Below, in pieces: positions 1 through 7,758 of a stretch of 64,000 nt of DNA; the first letter of the stretch is position 1, and the number at the start of each line of letters is the position of its first letter. Below the pieces are notes generated by a model. That model saw only the letters and a list, made by a program, of their open reading frames with translations, searched no databases and was not told the DNA's origin. The DNA lies in contig CBDEUK010000002.1 of assembly GCA_965243205.1 (NCBI GenBank), positions 96,001-160,000 on the forward strand. The letters are read 5' to 3'. Made by a program: the position numbers and the translations under genes. This DNA comes from Gammaproteobacteria bacterium (GTDB lineage: Bacteria > Pseudomonadota > Gammaproteobacteria > Eutrophobiales > Eutrophobiaceae).

Positions 1-2140
1 TGCTATCTACAATAATCGGGCTTATGTTTGATACTGTTTGAATAGGACCAATGTAACCATCTGCAATAACGAGATCATCAAAATAAATATAGCCTTTTGC
101 ATCGTTTGTATTTTGGAAGTTACCCATAAAAGAGAATGTACTGCTATCACCAAAGGTCATATTTTCTCTTACATATTCTGGAATATCGTCTTCTTCTCCC
201 AGTTTATCAATATGAATTCTTTGAGCGCCATCGGTGCCTCCTAATGTAGATTCTCGAACCCGAACTTCTTCAATGTAATACCATGTGTCGTATTCGAGTA
301 TAATGCCAGTTTTTCTTTCAGGTACTCCATTCGTTTCTTTCATTACAGTTGTGACCTCTAAATTACTCATTTGTATTTTAAGAGAACCTTCGTCATAGCC
401 ATCAACTTTCCAATAACCAAGTTTGGTGGTTATGTTTGGATAAACTTGATTGCTAGAAGGTGATGGTAAGTAGAGATAAAAGCGACGAGATAATGTATCA
501 CCTGGTTCAAATTGATTAGGAAAGTCATGGCCTGTGAAATAATTGATACAGGCGTTGCAATCACTCCTTTTTTCATTTGCATCACAAGTGTGAAATACAA
601 GTACTTCATCATTTGAATCAAAATCACATTCTCCTCCCATGTCATTCTGAATAGGAACATCATTAATAAAATTTGCTATGTTAAAATTACTTCCTTCAAA
701 TGATTCAACTTCCCACTTACAAAATTGATCATCTTTGTTATAAACAAAATCAACTGGGTTGTTGTTAGAGAATAATGTAAGTAGATTTGTATCAGTTTCT
801 AACTGATTAGAATCGTCTCCACCAACATGAATCAAAGTATCTTGATATTTTTCTATTCCGTTTTCTTTAGTTGGTAAGCATTCATTGAAACGGTTATTTC
901 TTCCATCAAACTGAAGTCTTAAACTGTAGTTACCATCATTAACAACAGTATTACTTCTTACCCACATATCTGCATCAGTATTGATGGAATTTTTTGAAAA
1001 CATAAATCCATCAGACCATTTCCAAAGTTTTGTTGGGTCTTGAGAATTAGGGTAGGGTGCTCCTAATAATTCAGTTTCATCTTCAAAATTTTCATTAACG
1101 AAACGTGTAGGTTCGACGAAATCATCCACATTACCAACTGGTATTGTAATTACGCCTTGATCATTTCCAGAAACTGAAGCGATATAGGTAATTTCAGTAA
1201 ACCGTTCATAATCAAACATAGCTGAATTATCGATTGTTACGACACCTGTATTTGGATTCATGCTTAAACAATTACATTCATCAAATATTTCTGTATAGGT
1301 ACCTACGTCGTTATCCAAATTGGCGTCGTTATAATCATAAATAAGAGTGGCATTAGGCATATGTTCATCGATACTATTTATATAAGCATCGTTAATCGTA
1401 TTGGTAGGTGCTTCAGCTATTTCATACATTACTAAACCTTTAGTGCCCTTGTTTCCTTCTGGGCCTCTATTTCTACACAGATATGAGTCAATAATAGATG
1501 TGTCTATCTGGTTTACGATATAAGAAAAGCCTGTAACGTTTCCTGCACCATTAATATTATCCTCATTCGCAAGGATAACATTGCCATCTCCTTCCATTGT
1601 CCATAAATTTGCATAGGTATTCGATTTAGTATCTGTACTACTACAATAAATAGTACTATTCGCTGTGGTTGTATTTATGCTTGATTCAATGACTGGATCA
1701 GTTCCTGTATTATTTTTTTGGCCAATCGAAGAAACTGCTCCAATATCACCAGCATCATTTAAAGTCATACACCACGCAGCTGCATTTCCATTTGTTGTTT
1801 GAAGATTAAAACTTAATTGGTTTGAACCTGTTGGAGGTGCATCTAATTTAAATACTTGTGTGTTGGGATTACTTTCTCCATAAGTATTATTCATACTAAT
1901 GATATTATCCATTGGAATGCCTGCATAAGTAACATCAGAAACCTGTTGCAGACCCGGTTCGAACATAATATGACAAATTAATTTTCTGTCATCTGCAATA
2001 ATCCCAGTATCGTATTGGCAGGTTTGTGGATTAGAACCAGCTGCGCTTGTTTCAAGACACTCAGCTGAGTTTTGAACTGATATTTGAGCAGAAACATTTA
2101 AACTAATTAAGAATATTAATGTGGATAAGATTTTATACAT
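1..2140 (-). CDS. Large secreted protein, partial (runs off left edge, >713 aa): cadherin-like repeat plus C-terminal beta-jelly-roll (polysaccharide-lyase-like) region
   Basis: Not in ORF track. Manual translation from ATG at 2140 (AAGGA SD upstream): MYKILSTLIFLISLNVSA signal peptide; cadherin motifs SIDEHMPNAT..NDA..DND, LSMNPNTGVVTI..FDYE, ITIPVGNVDD; later RRFYLYLP..TKLGYW..WYYIEEVRV..IYFDDLVIADGYIGP; frame is consistent with reading through to base 1. Confidence 0.85.
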   Translation of the reverse strand, partial: MYKILSTLIFLISLNVSAQISVQNSAECLETSAAGSNPQTCQYDTGIIADDRKLICHIMFEPGLQQVSDVTYAGIPMDNIISMNNTYGESNPNTQVFKLDAPPTGSNQLSFNLQTTNGNAAAWCMTLNDAGDIGAVSSIGQKNNTGTDPVIESSINTTTANSTIYCSSTDTKSNTYANLWTMEGDGNVILANEDNINGAGNVTGFSYIVNQIDTSIIDSYLCRNRGPEGNKGTKGLVMYEIAEAPTNTINDAYINSIDEHMPNATLIYDYNDANLDNDVGTYTEIFDECNCLSMNPNTGVVTIDNSAMFDYERFTEITYIASVSGNDQGVITIPVGNVDDFVEPTRFVNENFEDETELLGAPYPNSQDPTKLWKWSDGFMFSKNSINTDADMWVRSNTVVNDGNYSLRLQFDGRNNRFNECLPTKENGIEKYQDTLIHVGGDDSNQLETDTNLLTLFSNNNPVDFVYNKDDQFCKWEVESFEGSNFNIANFINDVPIQNDMGGECDFDSNDEVLVFHTCDANEKRSDCNACINYFTGHDFPNQFEPGDTLSRRFYLYLPSPSSNQVYPNITTKLGYWKVDGYDEGSLKIQMSNLEVTTVMKETNGVPERKTGIILEYDTWYYIEEVRVRESTLGGTDGAQRIHIDKLGEEDDIPEYVRENMTFGDSSTFSFMGNFQNTNDAKGYIYFDDLVIADGYIGPIQTVSNISPIIVDS

Positions 2141-2426
2141 AGTAAATTCCTTGTTCATGACGAGTGTAGGTTTAGAGAAAGGAAATTTGAGATTTGGAAT
2201 GAATGTGCACAGAGTATGTTTGATTTAATCGGGTGTTATGTCTATTAAAAAACATAGATGATGATATCTTGTTTATGTACACCATACTCTTAATTTCCCT
2301 AGAAAAAATCTGTACGAGAGTGTCGTTAATAATTCAATATAAATATTAAATTAAGATTACAAAAATATTAAATATGTAGTAACTTTTATTTAAAGTAATT
2401 TAAATAACTTTTTTATAATTTATCCT

Positions 2427-2603
2427 ATGAATTTATCTTTTCTTTCGCAGTAATTTTTCCCCTAACTAAACCTCAAATATTAAGGGGATTATCACTATCA
2501 TATTCAGGAAAAATTCATAGCTTTATATTTTTTATATTCATTCAATGGATTTTTTGTAAATCAAATAAGGATACATTCCTGATAGGCTTATGAATCTTTC
2601 AAG
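2427..2603. promoter_or_regulatory. Cluster of putative NarL-family operator sites (three pairs)
   Basis: ATGAATTTATCTT 2427 / AGTAATTTTTCCC 2449; AGGGGATTATCAC 2483 / AGGAAAAATTCAT 2506; AGGATACATTCCT 2568 / ATGAATCTTTCAA 2590; pairs spaced 22-23 bp. Confidence 0.55.
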
Positions 2604-2669
2604 CTTTTTCCATATCTCTTATCAACATAGATATTAAAACTTATAATTTTAAAAATGTTGTTATAAAAA

Positions 2670-3716
2670 TTGATTTATATGGATACTGCAATTTCAAAAA
2701 ACTTAATTGAAAAAAACGAACCGAATTCTGGCTTTCTTTATAAAGAGCGATTGTCGAATAAGGCTTATTTTGATTTGGCGATCGTTCTATTCATTAGTTT
2801 GGTTTTCCTATTATTTTCTATTGAATTCGATTTTTATGAAAAGGTATATATATGGAGTCGACAGTACGATCTTTTTGAAATTGATGAGTTATTGATCGCA
2901 ACGTTTATATTTTTTCCTGGTTTGATATGGTTCGCTATTCGTCGTTGGCAAGAAGCATCATTATCTTATAAAAAAAGTAATGAAGCTTTTCATGCATTAG
3001 AAAAAACACAAGTAAACTTGCAGAAGACGTTAAAGGAAAATCGTTCATTAGTAAAACGTTTAGATAAAATTCAAGAAGAAGAGCGTCAGAGAATTGCTGT
3101 GGATCTTCATGATATATTTGGACAGCATTTAACGGCTATTCATGCCAATGCATCAACTCTGCAGTTAAAACTGGATAAAAATGAAAATTTAAAAACATTA
3201 ACCAAACGAATTTCTTCTAGCTCTGAACAGCTGTCTCAGTTAACACGATTAATGTTCAATGAATTAAGACCGCCTGTTTTGGAAAATATTGGTTTAACTG
3301 CAGCATTAAAAAACTATATTTCAAATTGGTTAGAAAGCCATCATGAATATAAAGTGGAATTTAATTCTGAGGGCTGCGACAAAAATATACCTATATCTAA
3401 AGGCTTAATATTATATCGTGCTCTGCAAGAAGCTCTAACTAATATTATCAAACATTCTAATGCAAAAAATATTCAAGTTAGTATTAAACATGGAATTATG
3501 GAATCAAAAAATATTGATTCTTATACAGTTCTTGAGATTGTTGATGATGGAGTTGGGTTTGATAATGCATCACAAAATTTAGGGCTTGGTTTAATCGGAA
3601 TGCGAGAAAGAGTATTGAATTCTAATGGGGAATTTAAAATAGATTCTAAGAAAAAGATTGGTACACGCATATGGATGAAAATTCCAGAGAAATATCAGGG
3701 GGAATATGATGAATAA
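2670..3716 (+). CDS. Sensor histidine kinase, NarX/UhpB (HisKA_3) type, two TM helices
   Basis: EEERQRIAVDLHDIFGQHL H-box, QEALTNIIKHS N-box, DDGVGF, GLGLIGMRERV; real start may be ATG 2679. Confidence 0.93.
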   Translation: MIYMDTAISKNLIEKNEPNSGFLYKERLSNKAYFDLAIVLFISLVFLLFSIEFDFYEKVYIWSRQYDLFEIDELLIATFIFFPGLIWFAIRRWQEASLSYKKSNEAFHALEKTQVNLQKTLKENRSLVKRLDKIQEEERQRIAVDLHDIFGQHLTAIHANASTLQLKLDKNENLKTLTKRISSSSEQLSQLTRLMFNELRPPVLENIGLTAALKNYISNWLESHHEYKVEFNSEGCDKNIPISKGLILYRALQEALTNIIKHSNAKNIQVSIKHGIMESKNIDSYTVLEIVDDGVGFDNASQNLGLGLIGMRERVLNSNGEFKIDSKKKIGTRIWMKIPEKYQGEYDE

Positions 3717-4398
3717 TACTATTTCAATTTTATTAATTGATGATCATCAGATTGTTTTAGAAGGTTATCGTAATTTATTTGAAGCAGAAGGATTCAATGT
3801 CGTTGCTACATGTGAAAATGCAATGGATGGTTTTGAAGCCTATAAACAATTTAACCCAGATGTGACATTGTTGGATATTTCAATGCCAGGGAAGAGTGGT
3901 CTAAATTGTATCGAAATGATTTTAGGCTTTAATAATAAGGCAAAAGTTATATTTTCAACCATGTATGATGATATTGAACTTGTTGTGCAAGCGATGAAAT
4001 TAGGTGCAAAGGGGTTTGTGACAAAAGTTAATCCTATTGAAACATTAACTTCAGCAATAAAAAAAGTTTATGAAGGTGGTTTTTATTTAAGCCCTAAACA
4101 TGCTCACTCTATTGCGATATTAAATGATGAGATTTCAAAATCTAATAATAATGGGCAAGATACTTTTAAAGTTTTAGATTCTCTTACTGAAAAAGAAATA
4201 ACAATTGTAAAATTAGTAGCTAGTGGAATGGAGACAAAAGAAATAGCTAAGGAAATTGGACTGTCATCAAACACAATAGCAAATTATCGTTCAAAGATTA
4301 TGTCTAAATTAAAAGTTAAGAACTCAAGAGAATTAACGGTTTTTGCAATTCAAAATGGACTTTCAGAATCTGGTGAAGAATTAATTGCCGCAATATAG
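3706..4398 (+). CDS. NarL/LuxR-family response regulator
   Basis: LLIDDH, LLDISMPG receiver; LTEKE..G..KEIA HTH; overlaps kinase stop. Confidence 0.95.
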   Translation: MMNNTISILLIDDHQIVLEGYRNLFEAEGFNVVATCENAMDGFEAYKQFNPDVTLLDISMPGKSGLNCIEMILGFNNKAKVIFSTMYDDIELVVQAMKLGAKGFVTKVNPIETLTSAIKKVYEGGFYLSPKHAHSIAILNDEISKSNNNGQDTFKVLDSLTEKEITIVKLVASGMETKEIAKEIGLSSNTIANYRSKIMSKLKVKNSRELTVFAIQNGLSESGEELIAAI

Positions 4399-4409
4399 AG
4401 ATAAAAAAT

Positions 4410-4850
4410 ATGAATTCTATCTATATACACATATTTAAAATAATTTCATTATCGATTTTATTAAGCCTAATAAACGTAGCTAATGCAAAAGGTAATTTAA
4501 TAGCGCGTTGTGAAAAATTAGATGGCCAAGTTTTAGGTGTTGATGATTCAGGGTTTGAAGTGAAAAATTCTGTTTATAAAATTGAAACAGGAAAATGCTA
4601 TAAGTTGACAATTCATTCTACTGGAAAACATGAATATATTTTAGAAGGTGCGGATTTTTTTTCTAATATCTTTATAAGGAAATTAGACATAGGAAAAATC
4701 GAATTGAAAATAAACAGTCTCCATTCAATCGACTTTGATGATGAAGTTTCAGCAAAGCTCTATTTCTTACCAGTAAAGCCTGGCAAATACACGATTTATG
4801 ATAAATATATGTCTGATAAAGGTACTCAATTTGTTTTTGAAATAGAGTGA
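4410..4850 (+). CDS. Exported cupredoxin-like protein associated with PQQ dehydrogenase loci
   Basis: Signal peptide; ETGKCYKLTI..FF..I..IDFDDE..LYFLPVKPGKY pattern. Confidence 0.55.
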   Translation: MNSIYIHIFKIISLSILLSLINVANAKGNLIARCEKLDGQVLGVDDSGFEVKNSVYKIETGKCYKLTIHSTGKHEYILEGADFFSNIFIRKLDIGKIELKINSLHSIDFDDEVSAKLYFLPVKPGKYTIYDKYMSDKGTQFVFEIE

Positions 4851-4853
4851 TTT

Positions 4854-4942
4854 AGGTAAATTTCCGAGTCATTCCTGGAATTTTTCTTATTAAATACAAG
4901 GAAGTTTATACCTATTATTAAAAACTCTGAGTGAAATAATAT
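4854..4942 (+). promoter_or_regulatory. Triple operator array and putative activated promoter
   Basis: AGG-N7-CCG 4854, TGG-N7-CTT 4876, AGG-N9-CCT 4899; AT-rich -10-like AATAAT/TAATAT at 4935-4942. Confidence 0.55.
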
Positions 4943-4945
4943 TAA

Positions 4946-5030
4946 TGGCCCTAATATAACCTCACTCCTCTAGTATTATTTATATGAAAGGCTGTCTAAT
5001 GATGCCTCTCATCTAGAGAGGCATCATTAA
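4946..5030 (+). ncRNA. Candidate small RNA (or structured 5' UTR) with an anti-SD loop and a 14-bp hairpin
   Basis: Stem TAATAT/GTATTA (4952-57/4973-78) encloses the ACCTCACTCCTC loop; perfect stem TAATGATGCCTCTC/GAGAGGCATCATTA 4997-5029. Confidence 0.45.
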
Positions 5031-5070
5031 CTATTAAACGTTATGAAATTCACTTATTAATCAAACCATA

Positions 5071-5430
5071 ATGAAAATAACTATTAATAAAATTATTATA
5101 TCCATGCTTATCTTTCTGTATACAAATTTTTGTTTTTCAATTGAATCTCCCAATGAATATCCAACCAGTTGCCAAGAAGCGATTGACTTAGTGGTAGAAA
5201 ACATTGATGAAGAAAGTAAAAAGCTTCTGCTTTCTATCGAAAAAGAAGAACTGCAATCCAGACGTTTTATTACAGGTTGGGGTAAAGGAATACGTGATGG
5301 ATTTGGCTTAACAGAAGGAAATTTTGAGTTGATGGAATCTTGTCAGGCTTTACGAGAAGATGCTGCTTTTCATCCAATTAATATTTCTGGAATCATCATG
5401 GAAGAAGTCTGGCAGGCTCTAAGAAAATAA
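5071..5430 (+). CDS. Exported protein, DUF6794-like
   Basis: Signal peptide; GWGKGIRDGFGL..N..L..HP..IS..I..VW pattern. Confidence 0.6.
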   Translation: MKITINKIIISMLIFLYTNFCFSIESPNEYPTSCQEAIDLVVENIDEESKKLLLSIEKEELQSRRFITGWGKGIRDGFGLTEGNFELMESCQALREDAAFHPINISGIIMEEVWQALRK

Positions 5431-5483
5431 TTATTAATCATTATTTTAGTGGCGGGAATAACTTCTTAAAATCATAAATAGTT

Positions 5484-5550
5484 TGGGTTTTTTTCCCAGC
5501 CGTATTGAGGTAAAACTTACCTTATTACTTGATCCAAATACTCCTATTCT
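5484..5550 (+). promoter_or_regulatory. xoxF promoter with paired palindromic operators
   Basis: TGGG-T7-CCCA 5484-5498; perfect AGGTAA-aac-TTACCT 5508-5522; -10-like TATTCT 5545-5550. Confidence 0.6.
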
Positions 5551-5707
5551 TCAAAACTGCAAAAGCCTTCGGGTTATCTTCTTAAAGATTCAACCATATA
5601 GCTTAAATGCTAGATGTTAAATCAGAAAGAAGCTTTGCAAACCTTACGTAAATATTTCTAGAAATATTTGTACATAACATAACAATAGTAACTGGAGGGT
5701 AGTTGAT

Positions 5708-7669
5708 ATGTTTAATCACTCATATCTGCACCGGATTGCTGCAACAGCTTTAACCGCAGCACTATGTTTAACCGGCGCAAACGCTGGGGCGGTAACTGCA
5801 TCTGAAGAGATTGATGCACGCGCGGAAAACCCCAATCTTTGGCCAGCTCCTGGTCGAGATAATCAATTAACACGCTATAGTAAGTTGGATCAAATCAACA
5901 CAGCTAATGTTAAACGACTTAACTATGCATGGAGCCAATCAACCGGTTCTCTACGTGGTCATGAAGGCCAGCCTGTAGTGGTTGAAGTTGATGGAACACC
6001 AATGATGTATTTTTCAAGTAGTTGGCCAAACATCATTCAAGCTTTAGATTTAACCGATCCTGATAATCCAAAGCAAATTTGGAACTATGAAAAACAAACT
6101 GACCGTGATGAAACTGCAGTACCTCGTGCTTGTTGTGACGTTGTACACCGTGGTGTTAACTATGCAAAAGGCATGGTTATCTTCCATACATTAGATGGAT
6201 TCATCATTGCATTGGATGCAAAAACCGGTGAAGAAAAATGGGTAACCAAACATGCTTATCCGCCTAAAGGTGAAACTCATACTGGTCCTACCATTATTGC
6301 TGAAGACTTAGTCATTGGTGGTTTCGGTGGTGATGAGTTCGCTGCGCGTGGTCGTATGGTTGCTTATGACATTAATACTGGTAAAGAAGTATGGAAATGT
6401 CATTCAACTGGTTCTGATGATGATGTTTGTATGTCTAAAAACACCAACAAAGCGAATCCACACTTTGGTACATACGGTAAAAACCTAGGTATCAACTCTT
6501 ACCCTGAAGGTGAGTGGAAAATCGGTGGTGGTGCTCAATGGGCATGGTTATCTTATGATCCAAAACTAAAAATCGTTTACGCTTCAACTGGTAACCCAGG
6601 TCACTGGAGTCCTTCTTACCGTTGTGGTTACACTGGCGATGATCTTACTCATGAAAAGTGTAACGATGGTAAATACGACAACAAATGGTCAATGACCACA
6701 TTTGCTCGTAAAGTTGATACTGGTGAAGTTGTTTGGGCTTATCAAATGACTCCATTTGATCAATGGGACTATGATGGTGTAAACGAAAACATCTTAGTTG
6801 AAATGGAAATCGATGGTGAGAAAAACCGTCCTGTTCTAGTTCACTTCGACCGTAATGGTTTCGTATATGTTCATGACCGTCGTGATGGTACTTTATTACG
6901 TGCTCACAAATTTGTGACCGTAAACTGGGCTGAGAAAGTTGATCTTAAAACAGGTCGTCCTGTTAAAGTGAAAAAACACTCTCCTTTCGCAGTAGGTGTT
7001 AACACTCAAGCTTGTCCATCTGCTATGGGTGGTAAAGACCAACAACCATGTTCAGTCGATCCTAATGAATCTCATATGTTCTACTGCCCAACTAACAACT
7101 GGTGTATGGAAGACGAACCTCAAAAACGTACTCATACCCAACAAGGTACTGTTTATGTTTTTGCAAACGTTTACATGTATCCTGAAGTTCCAGGTATTAC
7201 CGGTAAGATCAAAAAGTTTGATGTTCGTACTGGTAAAACAGCTTGGGAAATTCCTGACCCATATCCAAACTGGGGTGGAACTATGGTCACAGATGGTGGC
7301 TTAATGTTCTACGGTAGTAAAAGTGGACACTTCCGAGCTGTTGACCGTAATACCGGTAAAGTTGTTTGGCAGCGTAAATTAGGTTCAGGCATCATCGGTA
7401 ATCCTATTACATGGAGTGTTGAAGGTAAGCAATACATTTCAATCTTTGCTGGTTTAGGTGGTTGGATTGGCTTACCAGTAACTGCTGGCCTTGATATGGA
7501 TGATAAATATGGTGCTATTGGTGCTACTGCTATGGCGAAAGCTACCGGGTTAAATAAGATCCCTCAAGGTGGTGAGTTATATACTTTTCGTTTGTTTTCT
7601 CCAAATGAAGGTTTAACAAATGTGCCTCAGCCAGTAATGCCTGATGAAGCACAAGTAGTATCACAATAA
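5708..7669 (+). CDS. xoxF: Lanthanide-dependent PQQ methanol dehydrogenase, XoxF1-like
   Basis: Signal peptide; vicinal CC (RACCDVV); GDEF Glu, TGNP Asn, WDYDG with the extra Ln-binding Asp; WSQSTG.LRGHEGQP and TDRDE.AVPRACCD segments recalled as XoxF1-type; SD GGAGG. Confidence 0.92.
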   Translation: MFNHSYLHRIAATALTAALCLTGANAGAVTASEEIDARAENPNLWPAPGRDNQLTRYSKLDQINTANVKRLNYAWSQSTGSLRGHEGQPVVVEVDGTPMMYFSSSWPNIIQALDLTDPDNPKQIWNYEKQTDRDETAVPRACCDVVHRGVNYAKGMVIFHTLDGFIIALDAKTGEEKWVTKHAYPPKGETHTGPTIIAEDLVIGGFGGDEFAARGRMVAYDINTGKEVWKCHSTGSDDDVCMSKNTNKANPHFGTYGKNLGINSYPEGEWKIGGGAQWAWLSYDPKLKIVYASTGNPGHWSPSYRCGYTGDDLTHEKCNDGKYDNKWSMTTFARKVDTGEVVWAYQMTPFDQWDYDGVNENILVEMEIDGEKNRPVLVHFDRNGFVYVHDRRDGTLLRAHKFVTVNWAEKVDLKTGRPVKVKKHSPFAVGVNTQACPSAMGGKDQQPCSVDPNESHMFYCPTNNWCMEDEPQKRTHTQQGTVYVFANVYMYPEVPGITGKIKKFDVRTGKTAWEIPDPYPNWGGTMVTDGGLMFYGSKSGHFRAVDRNTGKVVWQRKLGSGIIGNPITWSVEGKQYISIFAGLGGWIGLPVTAGLDMDDKYGAIGATAMAKATGLNKIPQGGELYTFRLFSPNEGLTNVPQPVMPDEAQVVSQ

Positions 7670-7693
7670 AACTAATTTAATTAGTTAATTGTA

Positions 7694-7723
7694 AATGGTC
7701 GGCGCCTTTTGGCGCCGGCCATT
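7694..7723 (+). terminator. GC-rich hairpin between xoxF and xoxJ (attenuator or 3' stabiliser)
   Basis: AATGGTCGGCGCC-TTTT-GGCGCCGGCCATT followed by CTTCGTTT. Confidence 0.8.
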
Positions 7724-7758
7724 CTTCGTTTGTAGAATTAGAAAGGGGTAGGTGTGCT

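Noticed and set aside
38-663. Track ORFs 38..244 (+) and 430..663 (-)
   Set aside because: Shadow or off-frame ORFs inside the long minus-strand gene starting at 2140
5708-7669. Calling the dehydrogenase MxaF (Ca-dependent)
   Set aside because: Has DYDG rather than D(Y/F)AG, and no mxaI small subunit in the window
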